From Candidatus Micrarchaeota archaeon (GTDB taxonomy: Archaea > Micrarchaeota > Micrarchaeia > Anstonellales > Anstonellaceae), in assembly GCA_026413765.1 (NCBI GenBank), contig JAOAKI010000004.1, forward strand, positions 97,513-161,512: 64,000 nt of DNA. The letters run 5' to 3'. Position numbers and translations under genes: made by a program. The notes under the pieces were generated by a model. It searched no databases. It was given only the letters and a program-made list of their open reading frames with translations, and was not told where the DNA came from. Positions within the stretch are counted from its first letter, which is position 1. The number at the start of each line of letters is the position of its first letter. Positions 1 to 9,980 of this stretch are shown here, in pieces.

Positions 1-861
1 TGAGTAATAGTGCAAGATGCCTCCTTTTTTGATGCATGGCAAAACATAAGGCAGAAAGTTGGGTGCGTCTTTTGGCAACGGCATGACTATTCTGTCTGCC
101 CAGCCACGGTATTCGCCTGGCAATACTTTTTTTACATCTGCCTGAATGACTTCCACATTGGTGCAATCGTTCCTTTTTACGTTGTTTCTGAAATATTCGA
201 CCGCTGCCGGGTTCAGCTCTATTCCAACAATTTTTGCCTGCGGCGCTTTTTTTGCTATTGTTATTGCAAAAGGGCCAACTCCTGCAAAAGGGACCAGCAC
301 TTTCTCTTTCCCTCTGATGAGGGAGGCAATCCTGTTTCTCTCAGTTGCAAGGCGTGGAGAAAAGTACACTTTGTTCAAATCCAACTCTAGCTCGATTCCG
401 TTTTCTTTGTGCACAGTGTGCGTCCTTTTTTCACCTAAAATGATCTTGACAGGCCTAATTCTGTATCTTCCTTTTGTTCCGCTTATTTTCTTTGCCACAA
501 CTTTAATGTTCCTGTGGACCTTGAAAATCGCATCCGCAATCAATTTTTCTTTTTTTGACAGTTGAGAAGGCACTTCAATGATTGCAATATCGCCTACAAT
601 ATCAAATGAGGTTACCAAACTTCTTATTTCACTTTCAGTAAGCTTGCCTTTTAGCGCATCTCTCAAACTCTTTGGCTTTAATTCTTTTTTCCTGAGCTTT
701 TTTTCTACAATCTCAAAGCCTTCTACTTTTTTTGTTAGTGGAAAATACACATATTCGCCATTTTGCATCGGGGCATAGTTTGGATTGATCAAATTTTTCT
801 TTGCAAGCTCAATTCTTGTTTTTTCCGCGTTTTCCTTTTTTATGCGTACACACTTGACCAC
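1..861 (-). CDS. trm5: tRNA (guanine-37-N1)-methyltransferase Trm5 / Met-10+-like; runs off the window edge
   Basis: Not in the ORF track; translated by hand from GTG at 861: ...FDIVGDIAIIE...HKENGIELELDLNKVYFSPRLATERNRI...VLVPFAGVGPFAI...ADRIVMPLP...GGILHYYS. Frame is open to position 1. Confidence 0.85.
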   Translation of the reverse strand, partial: MVKCVRIKKENAEKTRIELAKKNLINPNYAPMQNGEYVYFPLTKKVEGFEIVEKKLRKKELKPKSLRDALKGKLTESEIRSLVTSFDIVGDIAIIEVPSQLSKKEKLIADAIFKVHRNIKVVAKKISGTKGRYRIRPVKIILGEKRTHTVHKENGIELELDLNKVYFSPRLATERNRIASLIRGKEKVLVPFAGVGPFAITIAKKAPQAKIVGIELNPAAVEYFRNNVKRNDCTNVEVIQADVKKVLPGEYRGWADRIVMPLPKDAPNFLPYVLPCIKKGGILHYYS

Positions 862-870
862 AGAATAACC

Positions 871-3630
871 TTACACTACGAGTATTGCTGGCTTTCCTGG
901 CACAGCGTTTCGTGCTTTCTGGATTTCTGTCTCCTCTTCTTTTTTTATCACTACTTGGCCGCACTTGAATTCAGTTTCTAAAAGATGCACCGCAGAATTC
1001 AGCGCCATTAATTCGAAATCTTGCCCTCTTTTTATGTTCGCATCCTTGTTTTTCAAATAGATTTGAATCAATTTTTGGGCTTCCGCAGCATGCGTTTTTA
1101 TCTCTTCGTCCTGAACAGCCTTCTTGATTGAAGCTTCAAAGCTTTTTTCATTTTGCACTATCTCCATCAATCTCCATTTCCATCTTGCCGCGACAAAAAG
1201 CTGGATGCACTCTATTTTCTCCTTTTTGAGCAGGCCCATAATGTTGTGTATGTCTTCCTTTATTTTCGATATATACTCTTCCGCATCCTCAATTTCATCG
1301 CTTATTTTGCTCAGATCTGCGCGCGGCATTTTGGCAATCGAAACAAATGGTGAATCTCCGACGTAAATCTTCTTGCCCAGCTTCTCCCATATTTCTTCCG
1401 CAAAATGCGGAATAAATGGCGAAACCATAACCGTCCATATCTCGAAAAATTCCCTTAATTTCGGCTCTTTTGCCCTTTTCAAGTACCATTGCAAATCATT
1501 TACAGTATTATAGAACAATTCAAGCGTCAACTCTCTTATTTGAAGGTTCTGATATAGCTCATCTACTTTCAAGCATCTTCTGTGCAACCGAGACAGTAGC
1601 CATAAATCTGCCTGTTCTTTTTTTTCATCGTCTCTTTTTGCCGCATATTTTTCCATCGCGGATTTCAGAAATTTCATCCGCGCTAAAATTCCTTCAATTG
1701 CTGGTTGGTTGAAATCGGTATCTTGTGCAAGGTCCGCACCCGAGACAATCGCAAGACGGACAGCGTCAGCCCCCCACTTGCCAATTGCTGCTTTGAGCGG
1801 CAAAATATTGCCCATCGACTTGCTCATTTTTTTTCCATCCATCAGTACAAACCCGTTTGTTACAATTTGTCGAGGCCATAAAGCTTCTCCAAAGATTGCA
1901 GTGTGGTTGAATATGAAAAATGTCAAGTGATTATGGACTAAGTCTGTTGCAGAATGTCTGCTGTCAAGTGGATACCAATATTCAAACTCTCTTCTCATTT
2001 CTTTGGCTTGAGGCGGCAGCTTCTTTTCTGTTTCTTGGCCCAAAAAAACATAGTCGAATAGCTCTTCGGTCAGCTCCTCCTCTTTCATCTTTTTTGCAAT
2101 ATGCGCTATCGTGTAGAAAGCCATGTATATTGTTGAGTCGGACAATGCCTCAATCATCTTGTCAGAGTCAAATGGGAATTTCGTCCCCAATCCTGTCGAG
2201 CGAGTGCATGCTTTCTGCTTAAGCCAATCTATCGTGTATTCGTAGTCCTTCCTTGTTTTTTCTGGCAAGATTTTCATTCTTTTTAGGCATTCCTGCGCTT
2301 TTTTCTTCCACTCAGGATTGCCATAATCAATAAACCATTGGTCCTTTACTATTTTTACACTCACTTTGCCACCATACCTGCTATAAATTGGACCATTCGC
2401 AATCTCGTAAATTGTGAATGCCTTTCCTTCGTTTAACATTTTTTGCTTGATTTTTTCCTTTGCTTCGACACCCTTGAGCCCCTTAAATTCTCCACAAACC
2501 ATTATTCCAGAATGCGCCTCTTTCTTGTATATCTCTTGTGTGGCATCCTTTGCTCTTTCGTCTTTTTGGCTTTTTATTCCAATTTTTTCGCATATTTCCT
2601 TTGCTGGATAGGGCCCAAATCCATCTAACTGCAGTACTTGTTTCAGCTGATATTTGTCTTCAAGGCCAGCATCCCTTAAGGCAAGATAATCATATGGCGC
2701 ATGTGCCGGCACTGACATGACTGCCCCGCTACCATTTGATGGATCTACGAAATCTGCATGCAAAATGGGGACAAGCTCGTCAGTTATTGGGTTTTTGGCT
2801 TCTGTGCCAATTAGCTGCTTGCCTGCAATTTCTTCCTCGATTTTCAACTCAAGCTGCAGGCTCAATTCCTTTACAGCGTCTTTTGACATATATAATTTTC
2901 TTTTTCCATCTGTTGCTTTGACATACGTGGCGTTTTCATTTATCCAGATGTTTGTGACTCCGTAGACAGTTTCTGGACGATAGGTTGCGCAGACAATAAA
3001 GCCATCCCTGTAACGAAAAAGAATGCAAAGCATCTCCTCAATTTCAGGGTCGACATCTCCTTTCGTGTCATGTGCTCCAATTGCAGTATTTGCAACTGGG
3101 CACCATGGCACAGGATGCTCGCCCTTTGTAATGTACCCTTTCTTCATCAATTTGAAGAATTGCCACTCTATGAATTTGTTGAATGCTGCATCATTTGAGT
3201 AAAACTTTCTTCTCCAATCTATAGAATACCCCATTTCTTTCATTCCAGACTCAATCTCATTGGAAAAATGCATTACAAGCCTGGTCGGTTCTGTCAAATT
3301 CCGTATTGTATCCTTTTCAATCCCGTATATTTTTTCAAATATCTCAATTACTTCTTGGTCTTCTTCAGCGATTCTTTTTGCCATTGCCATGACTGGCGTT
3401 CCTGTCACATGAAACCCCATAGGAAACAAAACATTCTTTCCTTTGAGGCGCATATATCTAGCATATATGTCAGTTATCGTGTAGGTTCTTCCATGTCCTA
3501 TATGTTGCGGAGAATTAGGATAAGGAAACGCTGCTGTTAGATAGAACTTGTCCTTACTGCTATCCGTGCTGGGCTCAAAAATCCTTGCAGCTTCCCATCT
3601 CTCTTGCCATTTTTTTTCTATCTCTTGCAT
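871..3630 (-). CDS. leuS: Leucine--tRNA ligase (archaeal type)
   Basis: FPYPNSPQHIGH (HIGH), KMSKS, editing-domain ATYRPET and GAVMSVPAHAPYD, C-terminal AVPGKPAILV; 919 aa. Confidence 0.95.
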   Translation of the reverse strand: MQEIEKKWQERWEAARIFEPSTDSSKDKFYLTAAFPYPNSPQHIGHGRTYTITDIYARYMRLKGKNVLFPMGFHVTGTPVMAMAKRIAEEDQEVIEIFEKIYGIEKDTIRNLTEPTRLVMHFSNEIESGMKEMGYSIDWRRKFYSNDAAFNKFIEWQFFKLMKKGYITKGEHPVPWCPVANTAIGAHDTKGDVDPEIEEMLCILFRYRDGFIVCATYRPETVYGVTNIWINENATYVKATDGKRKLYMSKDAVKELSLQLELKIEEEIAGKQLIGTEAKNPITDELVPILHADFVDPSNGSGAVMSVPAHAPYDYLALRDAGLEDKYQLKQVLQLDGFGPYPAKEICEKIGIKSQKDERAKDATQEIYKKEAHSGIMVCGEFKGLKGVEAKEKIKQKMLNEGKAFTIYEIANGPIYSRYGGKVSVKIVKDQWFIDYGNPEWKKKAQECLKRMKILPEKTRKDYEYTIDWLKQKACTRSTGLGTKFPFDSDKMIEALSDSTIYMAFYTIAHIAKKMKEEELTEELFDYVFLGQETEKKLPPQAKEMRREFEYWYPLDSRHSATDLVHNHLTFFIFNHTAIFGEALWPRQIVTNGFVLMDGKKMSKSMGNILPLKAAIGKWGADAVRLAIVSGADLAQDTDFNQPAIEGILARMKFLKSAMEKYAAKRDDEKKEQADLWLLSRLHRRCLKVDELYQNLQIRELTLELFYNTVNDLQWYLKRAKEPKLREFFEIWTVMVSPFIPHFAEEIWEKLGKKIYVGDSPFVSIAKMPRADLSKISDEIEDAEEYISKIKEDIHNIMGLLKKEKIECIQLFVAARWKWRLMEIVQNEKSFEASIKKAVQDEEIKTHAAEAQKLIQIYLKNKDANIKRGQDFELMALNSAVHLLETEFKCGQVVIKKEEETEIQKARNAVPGKPAILVV

Positions 3631-3672
3631 ATAGGCTCTTGTTATAGAACAACTTTAATTAAAGTTTATCTT

Positions 3673-5184
3673 TTACCTCTTGAACTTTGCAGTAATTTTT
3701 TCTCCTCTTTTTATTATTTCCTTCGTGCTTTTTATGGCATAGGCAAAATAGTTTTTCCCTTCAATTGCCTTTTTTCTCACAATCTTTCTAGTGAAATTCC
3801 ATCCATCCAAAACCTGCTGTATTGCACCTTGAGTCGGATAAACTGCAACTAATTTTATTATCATTCCTCTTTCCTCGCTTTTATTTACTATCTCTTTACT
3901 CGTTGTAATTCTTGATGCAAAAATGAGGATGGCTGAAAGCCTCATTATGCCAGAAATCAAAAATACCAGCGGTATTCCGCTCAATCCTGCAAGAGTGATG
4001 TCTTTGATTTGCAAAAATATGCCTCCTGCGATAGCGCCAGAAGCATAAAATAAGGATCCAAATGCATTGTATTTTGATATGAACGAAGGCCTAAGCTCTC
4101 TTCCAACGATTGACAAGGCGAAATTAAACGATGCAAGGTCAAGGCCGGCCCATATGAACCCAGAATAAATCTGCGAAAACAGCAGCCAAAGCTTGTCAGT
4201 CGATATAAGCCATGAAAAAGGAATCAGGACCATCCCAAACGAAGTTGCAATCAGGACAAGGCGATTTCCGAATCTGTCGATTGCTTTCCCCCAATACTCG
4301 TATGAGATCACTTTCGCAAGTATTGATGCGGCAATCATTATTCCAACAATTTCAAGGCTGAACCCCAACCCGCTTATCATGTAAGGGGTAAAGAATGGAG
4401 AGGCAAACTGCACAGAAAAGTTTATCATGGCAATAAAAATCAGAAACCACAGCTCCTTTTTATAAGATGGAAGCAAAAACAAATGCTTTAGCTTTATTTC
4501 CTTCACAAGCTGTATCTCATATTTTATGTCCGCTGTTTTCCAATGGTAAACAATAGTTGCCAGCCTTGAAACAAAAGGAATTATGAATATTAATCCGAAT
4601 GCAATCGCAACCGGCACAGCGCGCTGCAATTCATTTAGCAATACTCCAACCGCAAATGTTGTAAGAAACAAAAGCAGCTGCATTATCTTGTTCCTTTTTG
4701 CAAAAAAGTCCGCCCTTTCATTTTCTGGCACAATATCTGTGATCCAACTGCTCCAGGCAGGATTTGCTATCCACACAAACATTGCGCCTATTGTGTAGGA
4801 CAAGATTATCAGCTCGACGTTTTTCTCTATCGGGAGCACTAATGTAAGTATTATCGGAATCCAGCAGAGCGCTTGTATCGCAGCACTCAATGTGACAAGC
4901 ACTTTCCTGCTTTTGATCAGCCTCAATACATCCAGGCTGAAAAACTGCGAGATGCCGCCAACAATGTGCGGAAGAGCTGCAAGGACGCCTATCTGGAAAT
5001 TTGATGCGCCCAAATGCAAAATTGCTGCAGGCAAATATGTATCTCCTGCGCCGGTCATTATTGCGTAGCCTGCCCCTTCCTTTATCGAGTTGCCCATTGA
5101 TTCCCTAATGCTTTTTCTATCGGCACCATCAGTAGGTTGCATAGCGGTCGCTTTCGCATTTTGACTATAAGAATTAAAAGCCAA
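3673..5184 (-). CDS. MFS transporter with soluble C-terminal tail (true start may be ATG at 5142)
   Basis: About 12 hydrophobic segments; WGKAIDRFGNR resembles MFS motif A. Confidence 0.8.
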   Translation of the reverse strand: MAFNSYSQNAKATAMQPTDGADRKSIRESMGNSIKEGAGYAIMTGAGDTYLPAAILHLGASNFQIGVLAALPHIVGGISQFFSLDVLRLIKSRKVLVTLSAAIQALCWIPIILTLVLPIEKNVELIILSYTIGAMFVWIANPAWSSWITDIVPENERADFFAKRNKIMQLLLFLTTFAVGVLLNELQRAVPVAIAFGLIFIIPFVSRLATIVYHWKTADIKYEIQLVKEIKLKHLFLLPSYKKELWFLIFIAMINFSVQFASPFFTPYMISGLGFSLEIVGIMIAASILAKVISYEYWGKAIDRFGNRLVLIATSFGMVLIPFSWLISTDKLWLLFSQIYSGFIWAGLDLASFNFALSIVGRELRPSFISKYNAFGSLFYASGAIAGGIFLQIKDITLAGLSGIPLVFLISGIMRLSAILIFASRITTSKEIVNKSEERGMIIKLVAVYPTQGAIQQVLDGWNFTRKIVRKKAIEGKNYFAYAIKSTKEIIKRGEKITAKFKR

Positions 5185-5201
5185 TCTTCTGTGACCTCAT
5201 T

Positions 5202-5624
5202 ATGGGCATGACTTTTAGGAAAGCGCTTTATTTTATTGGCGTCCTGCTTTCCTTGATCGGGTTGTTTGCGGCAATTCTTGTAGGCATCAATTCCCCAGAG
5301 CCTTTAGATATTTTTGAGGCGATTTCACATGGAATTACAAGTATGGTTTTCGCATTTTTTTCCGGTGTTTTATTTGGTGCGGGGGCTGCCTTTTTTATTA
5401 TGGGGCTGGTGCTTGGAATTAGAAGTAGTTTTTGGCAGCTTATAGCCGCTTTGGCATTCGCTTTGCTTTCTGCTCTCTTAGGGTTGTCTGCAGTCGCCAA
5501 TCCTCTTCATTCATCATTTCTGACTCTCGGCTTATTCTTTGCAGGAATTTCATCTTCTGGAGTCTTTCTGATGTCGATTATCATTTTGGAGGCTTTCCAA
5601 TTACTAAATCTAAAGGAAGGCTGA
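5202..5624 (+). CDS. Hypothetical membrane protein (about 4 TM)
   Basis: 140 aa, strongly hydrophobic; fills the gap between neighbours. Confidence 0.6.
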   Translation: MGMTFRKALYFIGVLLSLIGLFAAILVGINSPEPLDIFEAISHGITSMVFAFFSGVLFGAGAAFFIMGLVLGIRSSFWQLIAALAFALLSALLGLSAVANPLHSSFLTLGLFFAGISSSGVFLMSIIILEAFQLLNLKEG

Positions 5625-5626
5625 GT

Positions 5627-6322
5627 TCATTTTTTCTTCAGCATAAGCAATAGGTGGTTGCTGATTGTTTCAAAATCTGGCAAAGGCGGATAAAGCTGGT
5701 GGGCAAGTTCAATATCTTCTTTTGCCCCTGCCAAGTCCCCCATGAAATATTTTGCCTTGCCTCTGTTGTGGTACGAAGCCGCATCTTTAGGGTCAAGCAA
5801 GATGGCTTTTGTGTAATCAGCAATCGCCTTGCTGTATTTTTCTGTTTGATAATATGCGTTTCCACGGTTTCTATATGCCTCGTGGTAGTTTGGGTCAATC
5901 TCAATCGCCTTTGAATAGTCTTGAATAGCTTTTGAAAATTTTTCCTGCTTATAATAGCAGTTTCCCCTGCAGCAATAGGCATAGGCGTATGAAGGCACTA
6001 TTTCAATTGCTCGTGTTGCGTCTCTTATTGCTTCATCGAATTTTCCAAGCTCGTAATATGCAAGCGCTCTATTGTAGTAAGCTGCGGCATCTTTACTGTT
6101 TAATTCAATCACTTTTCCAAAATCTTTTACCGCTTCATCATATTTCCCAAGAGAAAAGAAAGAGTCGCCTCTCAAAAAATATGCGTCAGCATTTTTTGGG
6201 TCTATATTTATTGCCAATGTGAAATTCCTAATCGCCTCTTGTTCATTGTTTCCGACATATTGAAGTCCACGGCGTATATAATAATCTGGAGTGAATATTT
6301 CTCCCGATGTCTCTTCAGCCAT
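5627..6322 (-). CDS. Tetratricopeptide repeat protein
   Basis: About 6 tandem 34-aa repeats of type AYxNRGxxYxxxxKYxxAIxDYxKAIxLDP; start set at MAEETS. Confidence 0.9.
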   Translation of the reverse strand: MAEETSGEIFTPDYYIRRGLQYVGNNEQEAIRNFTLAINIDPKNADAYFLRGDSFFSLGKYDEAVKDFGKVIELNSKDAAAYYNRALAYYELGKFDEAIRDATRAIEIVPSYAYAYCCRGNCYYKQEKFSKAIQDYSKAIEIDPNYHEAYRNRGNAYYQTEKYSKAIADYTKAILLDPKDAASYHNRGKAKYFMGDLAGAKEDIELAHQLYPPLPDFETISNHLLLMLKKK

Positions 6323-6363
6323 AATTCTATCATCACTATAAAATTTGATAAAATTATGCAAAA

Positions 6364-6729
6364 TCAAATCTCTTTTTTCTCCAGATAGCTATAAGAAAGA
6401 ATTGAGACCCCCACGAATATAGGGATCAAAAATATGATAAGATATTCAATTTGCATGCTGAAAAACAGAAAAAAGAAGACGCCGCATAGCAACGTTATGG
6501 CAAGCGATATTAAGAAAGCGCTTATTGCATGAGGAATCGCCTTTTTCTTCTCCACAAAATTCTGCAACAAGCTCTCTTTTTGCTCAAGCTCAATGGGTGG
6601 CATTGTTTCTGCTGCTGCCACTTTCTCCGTCTGTATAGGCTTAGGAGGTTCAAATGTTTCCTCAATAGCCTTTATTTTTTCCTTCCTGGCGATCTTGCGC
6701 CTTTTCTTTCCCTTCACCATCCGCATCAC
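6364..6729 (-). CDS. Hypothetical protein with basic N-terminus and two C-terminal TM helices
   Basis: 121 aa ORF overlapping the valS stop (translational coupling); two hydrophobic segments. Confidence 0.6.
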   Translation of the reverse strand: MMRMVKGKKRRKIARKEKIKAIEETFEPPKPIQTEKVAAAETMPPIELEQKESLLQNFVEKKKAIPHAISAFLISLAITLLCGVFFFLFFSMQIEYLIIFLIPIFVGVSILSYSYLEKKEI

Positions 6730-9101
6730 TCAAATTCCACCTTTTCTTGGCTGTCTTGCAAATATTCTATATTTTTTATTTTTCCAGTGGCTTGCAGCTC
6801 TCCAAGCACTTGCTGTATGTCAACTCTGGACCTAATTTTTATCCTTTCTATTTCTGCATTCAAGGGGAGCCGCCTTTTTGCTTTCCACTGCCTTACTTCA
6901 GAAATGATCTTGTTTAATGCCTCTACTTTTTTTTCTGCATCATCGTCAATCAATTCCTCCTTGACCTTCGGCCAAGCGGAGAGGTGTATCGTTTTTTCTG
7001 GATGGAATGCCTGCCAAATTTCTTCTGTTATGTGTGGCGCTATTGGGGCAATTAGCTGGCAACATTCCAGCAACACGGTCTGCATAGTATGTTGTGCTGC
7101 TTGCTTGCTTTCCTTACCGTATGTCTCTGGTTGGTAGATGCGGTGCTTGGTGTACTCTAAGTAGAAATCACAGAACTCGTGCCAAAAGAAGTCTTGAACC
7201 TTGTTCAGCGCGCTGTGGAATTCAAAATTTTCATAGTCGTTTGTCACTTCCCTTTTGACCTTCTGAAGCCTTGACAATATCCACCTGTCAGTTATTTGGA
7301 GTGCAGACGGGGTACTGTCCTGCATTGTTTTGTTTTCACATGCCTTTTGGACCAATTTGGCTGCGTTCAAAAGCTTAGTTATGAAATTTTTCGCATATTG
7401 GACATCCTGGTAGGAAAATGGCCGGTCTTTAGCCATCGCACCAGCAAGCGCAGCCCACTGTCTTACAGCGTCTGCTGAATATTCGTCAATTAGTCTGTCT
7501 GGAGCAATTATATTCCCCAATGATTTGCTCATTTTTTTCCCATCAGGTGCAAGGACATTGCCATTCAGGAGAATGTCCTTGAAAGGAGGCATTCCTGTTA
7601 GAACGGTGCAGCGATATATTGTGTAGAATGCCCATGTCCGGACTATCTCCACACCCTGTGGCCGAAGGCTTACTGGATAGATTCGCCTAAAAAACTCCTC
7701 ATCATCCTTCCATCTTGCAATTATCAGTGGTGTGATTGACGAATCTACCCAACAGTCGCACGTCGATTGCTCTGCCACAAGCTCTTCACCGTTTGGCCCT
7801 TTCTTTGTCCTGTGCTTTATTGGGTCAAATGGCAACTCGTTTTCTTCTGCCGGGTAAATCTTGCCAGTTTTGCTGTCTATCCAAAAAGGCAGCGGAGTCC
7901 CAAAAACTCTCTGGCGCGAGATGACCCAATCCCAACCGACAAATTTTGCCCAATCTATCAAATACTGTATCCCAAAAGACGGGGTCCATCTTATCTTGCG
8001 GGCGCTTTCGATTATGTAGTCTGATTTGTCTATGATTTTTGCGAACCATTGCATTGAAAGAAGCAGCTCTATCGGTTTTTTGCACCTATCGTGCACTTTG
8101 ATAGTCTGCTTTATCTTGACGGCTTTCTCATATTTATTTTCGGCTTTAAGGCGTTCCAACGTTTTTGCCCTTGCTGATTGGATATCGCTGCCATCCAGCC
8201 ATAATCCATCGCTGTTTATGATGCGGCCTTTTTCATCAATCGCACGGATGACTGGCAATTTATGTCTATAGGCCCAAACAACGTCTTGCATATCTCCAAA
8301 AGTGCAAACCATTACAAGGCCAGAGCCAAACTCTTTTTCCACATCAGCGTCAGCAAGCAGAGGCACAGTTTTGCCAAGCGGTGTCTTAATTTTCTTGTCT
8401 TTTAAAATGGAATATCGTTCATCAGCAGGATGGTACAAAACAGCGACACACGCATGCAGGAGTTCTGGCCTTGTTGTCGCTACCAAAAGCGGTTTGCCAT
8501 CCTCCAAATAAAATTTTATATAGTGCAGATCGGTTTCCCTTTCAGCATCTTCTGTGTCTGTCTTTGCAAGCGCAGATACGCAATGCGGGCACCAAAACAC
8601 AGGATGCTCTGCTCGGTATATCTGCCCTTTTTTGTACATCTCCAAAATTGAGATTTGCACTTTTTTGTGGTAGGCTGGGTCCATCGTCCGGTATTCGTAT
8701 CTCCAATCTGCAGAAAACCCAAGCGCTTTCATTTGCGATTTCATCTTGGAGATAAACTCTTCAGTCCACGCAATGCATAATTTTCTGAATTCCTCTGGAG
8801 GTCTTCTGCCATATTTTTGCTCAACTTTTGTCTCGGTTGGAAATCCTTGGCAATCCCATCCTTGGGGATAATAAACGTTATACCCATTCATCCTTTTGTA
8901 GCGGGCTACAAAATCAAAGTAGGAATAGGAGAGCACATGGCCCATATGGAGCTCCCCTGAAGTGAATGGCGGAGGCGTGTCAATCGAGTAGATCGGCTTT
9001 GAATAATCGTCTTCCCTGAATTCATAAACTTTGTTTTTTTCCCACCATTCTTGCCATTTCTTTTCGATTTCTTTGCCATACTTTTCGCAAACTGCCATCA
9101 T
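6726..9101 (-). CDS. valS: Valine--tRNA ligase
   Basis: IDTPPPFTSGELHMGH, ATTRPE, GLVMVCTFGD, WDWVISRQR, KMSKS; start trimmed to MMAVCEK to avoid overlap with uppP. Confidence 0.95.
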   Translation of the reverse strand: MMAVCEKYGKEIEKKWQEWWEKNKVYEFREDDYSKPIYSIDTPPPFTSGELHMGHVLSYSYFDFVARYKRMNGYNVYYPQGWDCQGFPTETKVEQKYGRRPPEEFRKLCIAWTEEFISKMKSQMKALGFSADWRYEYRTMDPAYHKKVQISILEMYKKGQIYRAEHPVFWCPHCVSALAKTDTEDAERETDLHYIKFYLEDGKPLLVATTRPELLHACVAVLYHPADERYSILKDKKIKTPLGKTVPLLADADVEKEFGSGLVMVCTFGDMQDVVWAYRHKLPVIRAIDEKGRIINSDGLWLDGSDIQSARAKTLERLKAENKYEKAVKIKQTIKVHDRCKKPIELLLSMQWFAKIIDKSDYIIESARKIRWTPSFGIQYLIDWAKFVGWDWVISRQRVFGTPLPFWIDSKTGKIYPAEENELPFDPIKHRTKKGPNGEELVAEQSTCDCWVDSSITPLIIARWKDDEEFFRRIYPVSLRPQGVEIVRTWAFYTIYRCTVLTGMPPFKDILLNGNVLAPDGKKMSKSLGNIIAPDRLIDEYSADAVRQWAALAGAMAKDRPFSYQDVQYAKNFITKLLNAAKLVQKACENKTMQDSTPSALQITDRWILSRLQKVKREVTNDYENFEFHSALNKVQDFFWHEFCDFYLEYTKHRIYQPETYGKESKQAAQHTMQTVLLECCQLIAPIAPHITEEIWQAFHPEKTIHLSAWPKVKEELIDDDAEKKVEALNKIISEVRQWKAKRRLPLNAEIERIKIRSRVDIQQVLGELQATGKIKNIEYLQDSQEKVEFE

Positions 9102-9155
9102 GTGCAATTCTATGCGATAAGTTATTAAGTTGTTTTGTTTTATTTGACCGGTTTT

Positions 9156-9980
9156 ATGGACCTGGCTCAAATTATCTTGCTTGGGCTTATCCAAGCAATA
9201 ACCGAATGGCTCCCGCTTTCCTCAAAAACAATCTGCTCATTTGTCTATCTGAATTTTTTTGGAGGCAGTCCAGAAAAACTGGTTTCCGTTCTTCTTTTTT
9301 TGCATCTTGGAACGCTGCTTTCGGCAATCGTGTATTTGAGAAAGGAGCTGTTTGGCATTTTTTCTGAGACTGCAAAAGCCATGCGCCCTTTTCCTGGCAT
9401 CTTGCCAAAATTTTTGGAAAGCAAGCAAGGTTTCATTTTTTTTGCTTTATTGTCGACTGGTGCTGTTGGGCTTCCTTTATTGGTCCTGGAAAAAGCGCTC
9501 TTTCCAACCCTCAGCGGAGAGCTAATTCATATTCTGATGGGCTCTGGACTGGTTCTCACAGGATTTCTTTTGACTGCTAGCTCCAATTCAAGGTGGAGGA
9601 CAGCTGAGCTTGCAAACTGGAAAGATGGGCTTTTTGTTGGTGCTTTGCAAGGGCTCTCTGTGTTGCCAGGCGTTTCAAGGGCAGGCAGCACTACTGCTGG
9701 GCTCATTTGGAGAGGGTTTAATCCATCTTCTGCGCTTTTGCTTTCTTTTTTGCTTTCAATCCCCACTGTAATATTTGCTGAGCTTCTTTTCTGGTCCGCA
9801 AGCCAGCATTTTTCCACTATCAATTTTTCTGATGGCTTTTTGTTGCTAATCAGTAGCTTTATTTTCGGCTATGCCACTATTGATGCATTGCTGCAGCTTG
9901 CTCAACGCTTTAATTTGGCTTGGCTTGCATTTCTTTTTGGGATTATAATGCTAGTTTTCGGCAGCCTTGGAATGAGCTAG
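9156..9980 (+). CDS. uppP: Undecaprenyl-diphosphate phosphatase (BacA/UppP family)
   Basis: LGLIQAITEWLPLSS, LHLGTL, LPGVSRAGST and SFLLSIP motifs; multi-TM. Confidence 0.85.
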   Translation: MDLAQIILLGLIQAITEWLPLSSKTICSFVYLNFFGGSPEKLVSVLLFLHLGTLLSAIVYLRKELFGIFSETAKAMRPFPGILPKFLESKQGFIFFALLSTGAVGLPLLVLEKALFPTLSGELIHILMGSGLVLTGFLLTASSNSRWRTAELANWKDGLFVGALQGLSVLPGVSRAGSTTAGLIWRGFNPSSALLLSFLLSIPTVIFAELLFWSASQHFSTINFSDGFLLLISSFIFGYATIDALLQLAQRFNLAWLAFLFGIIMLVFGSLGMS